NCBI GenBank assembly: GCA_965219575.1
Contig: OZ244779.1
Coordinates: 1 to 64,000, forward strand
Source: Candidatus Oxydemutatoraceae bacterium
GTDB taxonomy: Bacteria; Pseudomonadota; Gammaproteobacteria; Poriferisulfidales; Oxydemutatoraceae
Direction: 5' to 3'
DNA length: 64,000 nt
Below are positions 22,043 to 32,821 of the stretch, one piece after another. The position numbers and the translations under genes were made by a program. The notes beneath the pieces are model-generated. The model worked only from the letters and a program-made list of their open reading frames with translations, was not told the origin of the DNA and made no database searches. Numbering within the stretch: position 1 is the first letter of the stretch; each line of letters begins with the position of its first letter.

Positions 22043-22540
22043 TTATACGGGTTTTATGCGTTCGAGGTAACGAAAACATAAGTCGTATTTATTTTTATCG
22101 TCGGCGCGGTAATCATTGCTTTCAACGATGCGCCAGTCCTCGCTCTTCAACGAGGAGGCCGGGAAATAAGTGTCGCCCGACAGTGCTTCGGTCTTAACCA
22201 AAGTATGGTAGATCCGATTTGCGTACGGCATCAATAGACGATATATTTGCGCACCGCCTATCACAAAACATTCTCTATCACCGACAAGGGTCTCCAATTC
22301 TTCGGTAGAGGAAATTACATAGCAGCCTTGCGCACCGAACCGATTACGGCTGAATACCACATTGCTACGGTTAGGCAACGGACGACCTATGGACTGATAA
22401 GTCTTCCTTCCCATTACGATGATATGTCCGCTTGTGATTTTTTTGAAACGAGCAAGATCGGCGGGCAAATGCCAAGGTAGCTTATTGTTCGCCCCGATTA
22501 AATAGTCGGGTGTGTAGCATGTGATCAGAGACACCTTCAT
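22043..22540 (-). CDS. folA: Dihydrofolate reductase
   Basis: [33 protein letters not shown]. Confidence 0.96.
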   Translation of the reverse strand: MKVSLITCYTPDYLIGANNKLPWHLPADLARFKKITSGHIIVMGRKTYQSIGRPLPNRSNVVFSRNRFGAQGCYVISSTEELETLVGDRECFVIGGAQIYRLLMPYANRIYHTLVKTEALSGDTYFPASSLKSEDWRIVESNDYRADDKNKYDLCFRYLERIKPV

Positions 22541-23328
22541 ACCGCAACCGATGCCGAAATCGGGGCATGCGGACGGTAATCACAAAGTTCAATGTCTTCG
22601 GACCTAAATTGGTATAGATCTTTGACCGCTTCGTTGAGTTTCACCCTCGGTAACTTTTTGGGTTCTCTTTTTAATTGCTCGCGAGCTTGTGCAACATGAT
22701 TTTTATACAAATGCACATCACCCAAAGTATGAATCAATTCACCACATTCGAGGTCGCTAACTTGGGCTATCATCATCGTCAATAGTGCGTACGATGCGAT
22801 ATTGAAAGGCACGCCTAGAAAGACATCGGCACTACGCTGGTAGAGTTGACAAGACAATCGTTTATCTATTACATAAAATTGCATCAACACATGGCACGGT
22901 GCCAGACGCATATAAGGCAATTCGCCGACATTCCATGCGCTGATTAGCAAACGGCGAGAGTCGGGCTGTTCTCTCAAATCAACCAGCAGGCGGCTCAACT
23001 GGTCAACCGTACCGTCGGCACTACGCCACGCACGCCATTGTCGTCCGTATATAGGGCCTAAATTGCCGTCTTCGTCCGCCCATTCATCCCATATAGAAAC
23101 ATTGTGCTTATGCAGATACTCAATATTGGTGTCGCCGGCGATGAACCATAATAATTCGTGCACCACCGACTTGAAATGAATCTTTTTCGTGGTCAGCAAA
23201 GGAAAACCGTCTTGCAATCGATAACGCGACTGCCATCCGAATAAAGAATAAGTACCCACGCCGGTGCGATCTTTTTTGACCGCACCCCGCGCTAATATCG
23301 TTTCCAATAAATTAAGGTAAGGTTGCAT
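22537..23328 (-). CDS. thyA: Thymidylate synthase
   Basis: [30 protein letters not shown]. Confidence 0.98.
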   Translation of the reverse strand: MQPYLNLLETILARGAVKKDRTGVGTYSLFGWQSRYRLQDGFPLLTTKKIHFKSVVHELLWFIAGDTNIEYLHKHNVSIWDEWADEDGNLGPIYGRQWRAWRSADGTVDQLSRLLVDLREQPDSRRLLISAWNVGELPYMRLAPCHVLMQFYVIDKRLSCQLYQRSADVFLGVPFNIASYALLTMMIAQVSDLECGELIHTLGDVHLYKNHVAQAREQLKREPKKLPRVKLNEAVKDLYQFRSEDIELCDYRPHAPISASVAV

Positions 23329-23372
23329 AAATCCGTATCAATAATTTCCAAGCAGAACATTTTATCCGATAA

Positions 23373-24155
23373 TCAAGCGCGTCGCGTGTTGCCGTAAACA
23401 ATCAGCCCGATACCGATTGCAACCATCGCCAACGACAAAAGCTGTCCCATCGTCATCCAACCCAGAGCAACAAAGCCTATATGGGCGTCGGGTTCACGGG
23501 TAAATTCCACCAAGAAACGTAGCACACCATAACCGATGGCAAAGTAGGCGGCAACTCGCCCTAAGGGGCGCGGTTTTTTGGAATAGAACCATAGCACGAC
23601 GAATAACACCACACCCTCCAGAAAAAATTCGTACAGTTGCGAGGGATGGCGCGGTTCGGGACCGGCCATAGGAAACACGACCGCCCATGGTAAATCGCTA
23701 ATCCGCCCCCATAATTCTCCGTTAATAAAGTTACCGATTCTACCCAAACCCAAACCTATAGGTACTAGGGGTGCGGTAAAATCCATTATCCGCAAAAAGC
23801 TAAGCTCGCGAGTGCGTGCAAATATCCAAACAGCCAATAGCACACCGAGCATGCCACCGTGAAAACTCATGCCACCTTGCCATATCATGAATAAACTCAA
23901 CGGTTCCTTCAGTAGCGTAGAGAAATTATAAAATAGCATATAGCCTACGCGCCCACCGACGATGACACCGATAATTCCGTAAAACAACAAATCGTCGAGC
24001 TTGGAGATCGGGATGCCGTATAAAGGATTGCCGGCGCGCCTACGACCCAACATATAAAATATGATAAAAGCGAGCAGATACATCAAACCGTACCAATGCA
24101 CTTGCAACGGACCTACGGAAAATGCAACAGGGTTTATAGCCGGGAGATGAATCAT
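23373..24155 (-). CDS. lgt: Prolipoprotein diacylglyceryl transferase
   Basis: [36 protein letters not shown]. Confidence 0.98.
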   Translation of the reverse strand: MIHLPAINPVAFSVGPLQVHWYGLMYLLAFIIFYMLGRRRAGNPLYGIPISKLDDLLFYGIIGVIVGGRVGYMLFYNFSTLLKEPLSLFMIWQGGMSFHGGMLGVLLAVWIFARTRELSFLRIMDFTAPLVPIGLGLGRIGNFINGELWGRISDLPWAVVFPMAGPEPRHPSQLYEFFLEGVVLFVVLWFYSKKPRPLGRVAAYFAIGYGVLRFLVEFTREPDAHIGFVALGWMTMGQLLSLAMVAIGIGLIVYGNTRRA

Positions 24156-24197
24156 GACAAAAGCATTATAATAGTATTGTTAAAGTTATCTACTACA

Positions 24198-26273
24198 ATG
24201 CAAAAACACAACCGTCTATTGGAAGAGACCAGTCCTTATTTGCAACAGCACGCCGATAATCCGGTGGACTGGTTCCCGTGGGGTGAGGAAGCCCTAAACA
24301 AAGCAAAAAAAGAAGATAAGCCTATATTTCTATCCATAGGTTATTCGGCCTGTCACTGGTGCCATGTAATGGCGCACGAATCGTTTGAAGACGAACAAAC
24401 CGCCCGAATGATGAATGCATACTTTGTCAACATCAAAGTGGACCGCGAAGAAAGACCCGATATAGATAAAATCTATCAAACATCCCAAACTCTAATCAAT
24501 CAACGTAGCGGCGGCTGGCCGTTGAGCATGTTCTTGACCCCCGACGACCAGCTTGCTTTCTTCGGCGGCACTTATTTTCCTAAAGAAGCGAGATACGGAA
24601 TGCCTGCATTCAAGGATGTTCTACAACATATATACCAATACTACCATCAACGCAGAGATAATATATACAAACAGAATATCTCGATGCAGGAAGCGTTACA
24701 ACAAATATATACATTGCCTCGAACATCCGAGGTAGCAAGCTCCACTCTGATAGAAAAAGCCGAACGCACATTACACGCCATGTACGATCGCCGCTACGGC
24801 GGTTTCGGTAATGCTCCCAAGTTTCCACAAACGGATTTATTGAAATTTTTGATTATGCTATGGGCACGAAATCCAACCAAAGCGCAAAGTGCGGCAATTG
24901 CTCTGATTACGCTTAGTAAAATGTGCCGAGGCGGAATTTACGACCAGCTCGGGGGTGGTTTTTGCCGATATTCGGTAGACGAACAGTGGCTGATCCCACA
25001 TTTTGAAAAGATGCTCTACGATAACGGACAATTATCGGGATTGCTGGCACAGGCATGGTCTATTACACACGGTGAGCTATTTAAGCGTAAAGTGATTGAG
25101 ACAAACGACTGGGTAATACGAGATATGCAATCACCGCAAGGTGCTTATTACTCTTCTTTAGATGCCGACTCCGAGGGTGTGGAAGGGAAGTACTACTCTT
25201 GGGAACAAGACCAATTGCGGCAGCTACTTGCCGAAGACTACGACATCGTCGCGCATTATTTCGGCATCGAAGGAACGCCCAACTTCGAAAGATACTGGCA
25301 TTTGCAAGAGAAACACGATATTGAGGAAACCGCACAAGCCCTAAAAATCTCCACTGCATCGGCAAAGCAAAAAATTGACGCTGCAAAGCTAAAATTATTG
25401 GAACATCGTGCGTCTAGGATTATGCCCGGACGCGACGAAAAGATATTAACGAGTTGGAATGCACTGATGATCAAAGGCATGGCATTGTCGGCTTATTTGT
25501 TGGACAGAACCGAATACCGACAGTCCGCCAAGCGTGCCTTGGACTTTATACGCACATATTCTTTGAACGGTGCGCGTCTCTACGCAGTTTGCAAAAACGA
25601 CAAAGCGCATACCAACGCCTACTTGGACGATTATGCCTTTTTGGTCGATGCAATTCTTTATCTTAGCCAAGCACATTGGCACAGCGAAGACTTTGAGTTG
25701 GCTTATCATCTGAGCAATACTCTGATCGATTATTTTGAAGACTCCGAATACGGGGGATTTTATTTCACCTCTCACGACCATGAACGGTTGGTACAACGTC
25801 CGCGTACATTGACCGACGAAGCGATACCCTCCGGTTATGGTGTGGCAATCGGTGCGTTATTCAGAATGGGCACCCTGCTCGGTGAAGAGCGGTTCATAAG
25901 TGCCGCCGAGCGTGCAATGGAACAAGCCAAAGGGGCGATGGTAGATGCGCCTCAACACTATGCGAGTCTGCTTAAGACTTTCATGGAATACGAACAAGGA
26001 TTCGAGTATATCGTTATTCGCGGTAGTGCAGAGATATGCGCACAGTGGCTGCGTATCACCGCAGATTACTACAGTCCGATTCGCTTATGTTTCGCAATAC
26101 CGGCAACTGCAACCAACCTACCTACCGCTTTAGAGGATAAAAAAGCCGATAGCTCTCCTGAAAAAGGCATTGCTTATTTGTGCCGTGGACAAACTTGCTA
26201 TTCGCCTTTCAATCGTATTGAAGAATTGACAAAACATTTGCAATCGTCGGTGGCCGAACTTCCTCTAGAATGA
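24198..26273 (+). CDS. Thioredoxin-domain protein (YyaL/SPATA20 family)
   Basis: [45 protein letters not shown]; start placed at ATG 24198. Confidence 0.93.
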   Translation: MQKHNRLLEETSPYLQQHADNPVDWFPWGEEALNKAKKEDKPIFLSIGYSACHWCHVMAHESFEDEQTARMMNAYFVNIKVDREERPDIDKIYQTSQTLINQRSGGWPLSMFLTPDDQLAFFGGTYFPKEARYGMPAFKDVLQHIYQYYHQRRDNIYKQNISMQEALQQIYTLPRTSEVASSTLIEKAERTLHAMYDRRYGGFGNAPKFPQTDLLKFLIMLWARNPTKAQSAAIALITLSKMCRGGIYDQLGGGFCRYSVDEQWLIPHFEKMLYDNGQLSGLLAQAWSITHGELFKRKVIETNDWVIRDMQSPQGAYYSSLDADSEGVEGKYYSWEQDQLRQLLAEDYDIVAHYFGIEGTPNFERYWHLQEKHDIEETAQALKISTASAKQKIDAAKLKLLEHRASRIMPGRDEKILTSWNALMIKGMALSAYLLDRTEYRQSAKRALDFIRTYSLNGARLYAVCKNDKAHTNAYLDDYAFLVDAILYLSQAHWHSEDFELAYHLSNTLIDYFEDSEYGGFYFTSHDHERLVQRPRTLTDEAIPSGYGVAIGALFRMGTLLGEERFISAAERAMEQAKGAMVDAPQHYASLLKTFMEYEQGFEYIVIRGSAEICAQWLRITADYYSPIRLCFAIPATATNLPTALEDKKADSSPEKGIAYLCRGQTCYSPFNRIEELTKHLQSSVAELPLE

Positions 26274-27040
26274 GTCATCTAAGATTATTCGTACGATTCA
26301 TTCTAGTCGGCTTGCATGTTTTGATAGCGGCGGTGATTGCGCCTTTATGCTTTATGTCGTGCAAACACGGCAAGCTAAAACCCTTTCAAAGAAGGTTAAT
26401 ACAATGGGAGATGCGCTTTTGCTTGAAACTGCTAGGTGTCAAAATACATCGGATGGGGCAAGCTACGGAAAAAGTACAATTGATAGTATCCAATCACATC
26501 TCTTGGCTTGATATACTGGTTATCGGTAGTACGATATCATCGTGTTTTTTATCCAAAGCCGAAGTACGGGAATGGCCGATTATCGGGAAACTCACGATAC
26601 GCTACGGTACTATTTTTATTACCCGAGGACAAGACAGCCACTTGGTTCGCGAAGAAATCACACGAAGACTCGCCGATGATATCAACGTGGTTTTATTTCC
26701 CGAGGGTACGACCTCGGATGGCACATCGGTACGCCCCTTTTTTCCGCGACTGATGGCTACCGCCATAGACACCGACACATCGATACAACCTGTTTCTCTA
26801 CGCTACTTTAACGACAACCGAATTAGCGATATCGCACCGTTCACGAGCGACCGTTCTTTGTTGAGCCATGCAATTCAATTATTAAAACAAAAGTCCACTG
26901 ATGCCATCATTTGCTTCGGTGCACCCATTACGCCACGAGGAAAAGATCGCAGTAGCCTTGCCAAACGAGCACACGCTACGGTATTAAACGGAGTTATCGA
27001 AACATCGCCACCGCTACCGCAACAAACCTACAATCGGTAA
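26270..27040 (+). CDS. Lysophospholipid acyltransferase (PlsC family)
   Basis: NHISWLD (HxxxxD), FLSKAE, FPEGT. Confidence 0.9.
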   Translation: MSHLRLFVRFILVGLHVLIAAVIAPLCFMSCKHGKLKPFQRRLIQWEMRFCLKLLGVKIHRMGQATEKVQLIVSNHISWLDILVIGSTISSCFLSKAEVREWPIIGKLTIRYGTIFITRGQDSHLVREEITRRLADDINVVLFPEGTTSDGTSVRPFFPRLMATAIDTDTSIQPVSLRYFNDNRISDIAPFTSDRSLLSHAIQLLKQKSTDAIICFGAPITPRGKDRSSLAKRAHATVLNGVIETSPPLPQQTYNR

Positions 27041-27103
27041 ACAACGAACACGCGGACTCGCACTATAGTGAATTGCATTATGTGCTATAGTGATTGACCT
27101 AAT

Positions 27104-27180
27104 CGGAGTGTAGCTCAGCTTGGTAGAGCACTGCCTTCGGGAGGCAGGGGTCGGAGGTTCAAATCCTCTCACTCCGACCA
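27104..27180 (+). tRNA. tRNA-Pro(CGG)
   Basis: Cloverleaf CGGAGTG...CACTCCG-ACCA, anticodon arm CTGCC-TTCGGGA-GGCAG, T-loop GTTCAAATC. Confidence 0.96.
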
Positions 27181-27215
27181 TTGGAAATCTAGAACCGTAC
27201 TTGTGCAGATACGCA

Positions 27216-27508
27216 GCGACTGTTGAAAAAGTGCCGTTCTGTATGAACTCAACCGCTTGCGCCATGAATTTATAATAACCACCAAGCCGTAGGGGCAGAC
27301 CTGTGTGTCTGCCCTTAAGTATCGTCCAGAATAACCGTAACTGCTTGCGCCGGATGGTTTTGGTTTACATAAATTGGGTGGATGAATGTATAAATCGTGC
27401 CGACCAACGCGCTACGGGCAGAACAGAGCCGCCGATTGAGCCGGTAGGTCAATCGGCAATTTATATAAGTCCGCCCCTACGGTTCGTGGATACTTTTTCA
27501 ACAGCCCC
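27216..27508. mobile_element. MITE copy A (GGGGCTGTTGAAAA-type TIRs), 5-bp TSD ACGCA
   Basis: GCGACTGTTGAAAAA...TTTTTCAACAGCCCC; ACGCA at 27211-15 and 27509-13; internal GTAGGGGC REP-like palindromes. Confidence 0.8.
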
Positions 27509-27513
27509 ACGCA

Positions 27514-27562
27514 GCGACCACCCCGTCAGGCTGCGCCTGCCACCCCTCCGAAGGAGGAGAAT
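27514..27562 (+). repeat. Dispersed hairpin repeat (CCACCCCGTCAGGCTGCGCCTGCCACCCCTCC..GGAGGGGAAT family), the MITE host
   Basis: Near-identical copies at 40383-40431 (reverse), 49944-49992 and from 63964; shorter variants at 39216-39260, 39276-39300, 40764-40788, 49644-49666, 63662-63684. Confidence 0.8.
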
Positions 27563-27884
27563 GGTGCATGTGCGGTGACAGAGAATTTGACACAAGCGGT
27601 TTTTAACGGGATTTGACGGGATTTGGCGGTATTGCTTGCTTTCCGAGCGCGAAAGAAGTCTTGTGTGCTGTCACTGGCTCGCGACGGAGAATCAATGACT
27701 TACGTCACGAACTCGCAACTATAATTTGCTGGGATTCAAGGTTGTAAATAAGGTTTAGCCTTTGTTTAATTAGCTTTCAAAGGATTATTGAATGTGTATT
27801 TAACATAACGCTAACTCGGAACTAACTCGCAACTTTAAACTTTGTACAAAAACGGCACTTTTGTACAAGTAATGTCCTGCTATT

Positions 27885-28370
27885 TTAAGCTAAAGGCAGG
27901 CTGATAAATCGGGCGATAATCTCCTCAATTTCACGGCGACCTTCGTTTGATAATCCGAGAAACGGACGCGGCGGAATATCTCCCCAAGGAATAGGACGAC
28001 CGTGCTTATCACTACCAAAGCTACCTCTCCCTGCACCAAACTGCTGTGTGGCTGCGTAGGTAACATTAGTGCCTGCGACGGCATAATCTTTACCGAAGGC
28101 TGATGTGATACTATTTGCGAGCCGACCTGTTTGTTGTAGCTTTTGCCCCGGCCAGTAGCCGGATTTCTCGCGCTGTTTGATTGTCGTATCCGACAATGGC
28201 ACCCATGCCCCGCCTTCCGGTGCTTGTTCGGACTGAAAGGCTTCCTCAATATTATCTACCAACACGCCAGCGATCGCTTGCATTGCAGGTGATAGGTCGT
28301 CACCGCGACGCGCCAGAAAGTTTAATGCTTGCAGTGCCTTCTTGTCTTTGATTTTGATGTTTATTTTCAT
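27885..28370 (-). CDS. Phage virion morphogenesis protein (Mu gpG-like)
   Basis: FQSEQAPEGGAWVPLS, LQQTGRLANSI, GTNVTYAATQQFG, IPPRPFLGLS. Confidence 0.9.
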   Translation of the reverse strand: MKINIKIKDKKALQALNFLARRGDDLSPAMQAIAGVLVDNIEEAFQSEQAPEGGAWVPLSDTTIKQREKSGYWPGQKLQQTGRLANSITSAFGKDYAVAGTNVTYAATQQFGAGRGSFGSDKHGRPIPWGDIPPRPFLGLSNEGRREIEEIIARFISLPLA

Positions 28371-28488
28371 TGTGGTATACTCCTAGTGTGTGGCAAGCAA
28401 ATGGCCGGATGAAATTAGGTTAGGCTTTAAGTTCATTCGGCTACGGCAAGCACCTAGCTGTTATGTGAGATCCCGCTTGCCACGCACC

Positions 28489-29367
28489 CTAATCATTTTT
28501 ATAAAGCAAAGTTCCCTCTCGCTGATTGTCTGCATAGTTAGCATCTGCTGGTATAGCGTTCCAAAAAACACTTGCATCTGTATTCTCTCGGGCAATTACT
28601 AGCATATTTTTTTCACCTCTAAATAATTTAATAAACCGGCGGCGAAAACTGCCATCAGTATATTCAGTCAACCAAATTTCACTTGGGTTAGCCAATGTAG
28701 GGAGAATGAAGTTAGCATACCTTTCTCGGGCATCCGATCGTTTTCCAGATATATATTCTAATCCTTCCTCGCTGATAATAACTGGTTCTAGCGGTGTTTG
28801 AATGTTGCGAAAGTCGTTTTTTTTACCAAGCACAACCTCTGCAATTTGAGCATGAGCTAGAGTGGCTGACTCTGCTCTAGGCAATAGCTTAGGAGCTTCT
28901 ACGAAGGCAGAGTTTGGAAGCTCTTTCACACTAGATAACCCGTAGCTTTTATATTTTTTTTGACCGGGTATTATTCTGGCAACACCTTTGCCACGACCGC
29001 CGACTTGATCGGGCAATGCGCCGAGCTTATCCCACAAAGCCCACCTAGCACCGGGGTTATAATCAAAGCTCACATCAGGTGCCTCTATGAAGGTTTTGCC
29101 TAACGCATCTCTACCCCGATACCTAACAGATAGTTGGGTTAGTGCTTCGCCTGTATATTTATCAACGCCGACTTCTTGAGTGAAGGTCTCCAGATGTCCT
29201 TCACTCGTGTCAACTTTCAATCCGCGAGATTTAAGTTGTCGCTCGGTTAGTGTCCGCACACGACACCGGCAGTTCCAACCGTTAGGCGGATAGAAAGTAT
29301 CCCAGAACGGATCGTCAAAGCGGAAAACTTTGCCGTGTAGTCGGCGGTGCGCCGGGCGAGTGCGACA
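28489..29367 (-). pseudogene. 5'-truncated Mu gpF-like minor head protein with C-terminal PBECR-like nuclease-fold domain
   Basis: In frame upstream of the track ORF I read [36 protein letters not shown] (MuF signature); N-terminal half and start are missing; C-terminal [19 protein letters not shown]...QREGTLLY. Confidence 0.8.
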
Positions 29368-29624
29368 TCCAGATAATTGGCCGCAATTAAAACACTATTA
29401 AAGCTATTTTACATAAACTACCTATACAAAGCTGAAAATAGTTGCACAAAATTGCATTTAGTTGCAAATTCTCTGTCACCCTACAGTGCACTCCTATACA
29501 TGTCGGTTAATCGGCGGTTCTCTCTCAAGAAAATACCGTTAGTCGGTTATTAGCGACCATTCGTCGGTATTCCGAAACTGATCCGTCTAAATGCGGCAAA
29601 GTAGCATATTTTACGGAGATACGA

Positions 29625-30296
29625 ATGACTATCAAACACTGGCCGGACAAGGAGAGACCGCGCGAGAAACTACTCGCACACGGACCCGAAAATTTATCCG
29701 ATGCAGAACTACTGGCAATTTTACTGAATTCGGGAACTTCCGGAATGTCGGCACTCGACCTTGCCCGTCAATTACTAAAGACCTTCGGAAGCCTACGGGC
29801 GGTAACCGAAGCGGACAAAAAAGATTTATGCCTCAACAAAGGGGTGGGCGATGTTTGTTATACGCGCCTGCAAGCTGCCTTAGAAATTACCAGACGGACG
29901 CTGATGGAGTCTATGAAGAAAAAAGATATGGTTGCCAGCCCCGAGCGAGCGCGTAAATACTTAACCCTAAAGATGCGCAATTATCCCTACGAAGTTTTTG
30001 CCTGCTTATTTCTCGACAACCAGCATCGCGTCATCGCCTTTGAGGAACTATTTCGCGGCACCATAGACGGTGCAAGTGTGCATCCCAGAGAAGTTGTCAA
30101 GCGCACTCTGCACTATAACGCAGCAGCGATTATTTTGGTTCATAACCATCCTTCGGGATCGAGCGAACCTTCTCATGCCGACCGTCATATCACCGAGGAA
30201 CTAAAAAATGCATTGGCATTGATCGATGTGCGGATACTCGATCACTTCGTGGTCGGTGAGAAAATAACATCGTTCACCGAGTCTAATTTACTTTGA
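29625..30296 (+). CDS. radC: RadC/JAB-domain protein
   Basis: [38 protein letters not shown]. Confidence 0.95.
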   Translation: MTIKHWPDKERPREKLLAHGPENLSDAELLAILLNSGTSGMSALDLARQLLKTFGSLRAVTEADKKDLCLNKGVGDVCYTRLQAALEITRRTLMESMKKKDMVASPERARKYLTLKMRNYPYEVFACLFLDNQHRVIAFEELFRGTIDGASVHPREVVKRTLHYNAAAIILVHNHPSGSSEPSHADRHITEELKNALALIDVRILDHFVVGEKITSFTESNLL

Positions 30297-30411
30297 GAAT
30301 ACACCAAACAAGTACCTGTATTTATCTATTTTAAGCAGATTACACAAAACGAGGGATCTCTATACTATAATAGGCTTTTATATCCCCTTTGATACTACAA
30401 AAATTAAAATT

Positions 30412-30888
30412 ATGAGAAAAACACCGATAACCAAATTAGGGGCGGAAAGGCTCAGAGAAGAATTAAAACACCTCAAAACCGTAGAACGGCGAAAAATAAT
30501 CGCAGCGATTTCAACCGCACGTGAGCACGGAGACCTTAAAGAAAACGCCGAATATCACGCAGCACGCGAACGCCAAAGTTTTATAGAAGGACGCATCAAA
30601 GACATAGAATTCTGTCTTTCCGCAAGCGAAATTATCGATATCACAAAATTAAAACATAATAACAAAGTAGTATTCGGGGCAACGGTCAGACTATACGATA
30701 CGGATGCCGAAGCAGAATGCACATACCAAATTGTAGGGGAAATAGAAGCCGATATTAAGCAAAATAAAATATCCGTGACCTCGCCTTTAGCACGGGCGAT
30801 GATCGGGAAATCGGAAAGCGATAGTATTGTCGTCGAAACACCGAGTGGTAAAAAAACATACAAAGTTTTAGAATTAAATTACGTCTAA
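30412..30888 (+). CDS. greA: Transcription elongation factor GreA
   Basis: [28 protein letters not shown]. Confidence 0.97.
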   Translation: MRKTPITKLGAERLREELKHLKTVERRKIIAAISTAREHGDLKENAEYHAARERQSFIEGRIKDIEFCLSASEIIDITKLKHNNKVVFGATVRLYDTDAEAECTYQIVGEIEADIKQNKISVTSPLARAMIGKSESDSIVVETPSGKKTYKVLELNYV

Positions 30889-31090
30889 ACCGAGTCGAAA
30901 GTAATCGGCCGTGAGATTACTTATCGCATAACAGTTCGGCTTGTTTTAGTCTCTATCAATACACTTTATCCTTTTTTTGGTACCGCTCGGCACTTAGCCC
31001 GAGACATACGGCCTCTATAGCCCCAAAATATGGCAAGTTGTCCTCGAGACCAATTTTTCGCATATCACGATCTAAAAACTATTAACGCTT

Positions 31091-31780
31091 ATGAAGATAT
31101 TTAGTAATAACATATTCTCCGGACATTGTCCGGTTTGTTTATCTGCCACCGAGCGCACAGGCTTGTGTGAAAATTGTTTAGCGAGTCTAATTCAACCGAG
31201 GCATCGTTGCCGTATTTGTCTTGCGCCGATCGAACGGCAAGCGGGTAATATCTGTATTAACTGTTCGGCGGGTGTGCCTTTCGATCAGGTTGTTGCACTC
31301 GCTCGTTATACTCCCCCCTTGAGCGATTTGATTTGCAGATTGAAATACCGCAATCACATTTATCTAGCTAAAGTTCTCGGTATATTGCTCTCAAATCATA
31401 TAAAAAAGCACCGACAGACACTGCCCGAATTACTCGTTGCGGTACCGCTACACAAACAACGCATACAACAACGAGGCTTTAATCAAGCCGTAGAAATTGC
31501 ACGCACGGTGTCCGCCGAACTAAACTTAAAAACAGATTTTCGGTGCATCGAGAAATCCAAATCAACCCCTTTACAAACCACGCTCAATTCGCATCAACGC
31601 CGGAATAATCTAAAAGGTGCTTTTCGTCTACGCCACTCGATATATACGAAATCTATTGCATTACTCGACGATGTGATGACCACCGGCGCAACCGTATCGG
31701 AAATCGCGTCGTTATTGAAAAAAGCGGGGGTACGTCGTGTCGAGGTTTGGGTTCTGGCAAGAACCTCTCCTTCGTCTTAG
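31091..31780 (+). CDS. comF: ComF family amidophosphoribosyltransferase-like protein
   Basis: Double zinc ribbon, VPLH, RGFNQA, LLDDVMTTGAT. Confidence 0.9.
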   Translation: MKIFSNNIFSGHCPVCLSATERTGLCENCLASLIQPRHRCRICLAPIERQAGNICINCSAGVPFDQVVALARYTPPLSDLICRLKYRNHIYLAKVLGILLSNHIKKHRQTLPELLVAVPLHKQRIQQRGFNQAVEIARTVSAELNLKTDFRCIEKSKSTPLQTTLNSHQRRNNLKGAFRLRHSIYTKSIALLDDVMTTGATVSEIASLLKKAGVRRVEVWVLARTSPSS

Positions 31781-32634
31781 TTGAATAAATCTATAAAAAG
31801 TCCGACGAATACGACCATGCCGAAATAGTTATTATTGTTAAATGCCCGCAAACACAATTTCGGAGATCTATTTTTGATAAGGTATTGTTGATATACCGAA
31901 AAAATGGTTGCGATGGCCAAGCCACCGTAGTAAAAGCCCCCTAGTGCCTTCAAATAACCTGCGATGAACAAGAACACGAGTACCGACAACTGGAATACGG
32001 CAATCAGTGACCGATCGTACTTGCCGAACAGTAGTGCCGAAGATTTTACGCCTATCGCTTTGTCGTCGTGACGATCGGCCATCGCATACATTGTATCGTA
32101 AGCAATAGACCAGCAAACACCGGCTGCATATAATAACCAACCCTCTAAAGACGGCAATGCGTTAGTTTGGGCAGTGTACGCCATCGGTATCGCCCAACCA
32201 AAAGCCATACCTAGATGCGCTTGGGGCAAAGAATGTATACGCTTCATAAATGGATAAGATATCGCTAAGAACAGTGCAACTATAGACATATATACGGTTA
32301 GTCTGTTGGTTTGTATGACCAAAAACAAAGCCAAAACCAATAACACGATAAATAAAATAATCGCTTCCGATGGTGAAACACGACCCGAGGCGATAGGACG
32401 ATTTTTAGTTCTGGCAACCAGAGGATCTATTTTTCGATCTACATAGTCGTTGATAACACATCCTGCCGAGCGCATCAGTATCACGCCGGTAATGAATATC
32501 AATAATATCCATTGATCGGGAAAACCGCCGGCGGCAAACCACAAAGCCCACAAAGTCGGCCACAACAACAAGTAAATGCCGATTGGGCGGGAAAAACGCA
32601 TCAGTATTAAATAATTTTTGATACGCTCACCCAT
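31777..32634 (-). CDS. ubiA: 4-hydroxybenzoate octaprenyltransferase
   Basis: RPIGIYLLLWP, RSAGCVIND..DR..D, YPFMKR, YDTMYAMADR.DD. Confidence 0.96.
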   Translation of the reverse strand: MGERIKNYLILMRFSRPIGIYLLLWPTLWALWFAAGGFPDQWILLIFITGVILMRSAGCVINDYVDRKIDPLVARTKNRPIASGRVSPSEAIILFIVLLVLALFLVIQTNRLTVYMSIVALFLAISYPFMKRIHSLPQAHLGMAFGWAIPMAYTAQTNALPSLEGWLLYAAGVCWSIAYDTMYAMADRHDDKAIGVKSSALLFGKYDRSLIAVFQLSVLVFLFIAGYLKALGGFYYGGLAIATIFSVYQQYLIKNRSPKLCLRAFNNNNYFGMVVFVGLFIDLFN

Positions 32635-32671
32635 TATGAAAGTACCATTTTCTACAGTGACACAACCGGCA

Positions 32672-32802
32672 CCGCTGTTAAAAATGTATTAAATGTTCAT
32701 ACAACTGCAACAAATACCGTACTACACGGCGTTACACCGACCGGTTCAGAGGATGATTTAATAATCCCTCGCAACGGTTTATGGAATACTTTTTCAATAA
32801 CC
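32672..32802. mobile_element. Degenerate relic of the same MITE family
   Basis: GCTGTTAAAAATGTATT at ~32674; TATGGAATACTTTTTCAA at 32780-32797 matches the end of copies B and E over 18 nt. Confidence 0.45.
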
Positions 32803-32821
32803 TTGCTATTTTCGTATGAAG

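Noticed and set aside
27014-27265. ORFs overlapping tRNAs (also 35189..35389 and 44991..45221)
   Set aside because: Spurious translations of tRNA genes
29550-29562. attR copy of the tRNA-Pro 3' end bounding the phage remnant
   Set aside because: Only about 8 nt (CGACCATT) match, no integrase, and Mu-like phages do not use tRNA att sites
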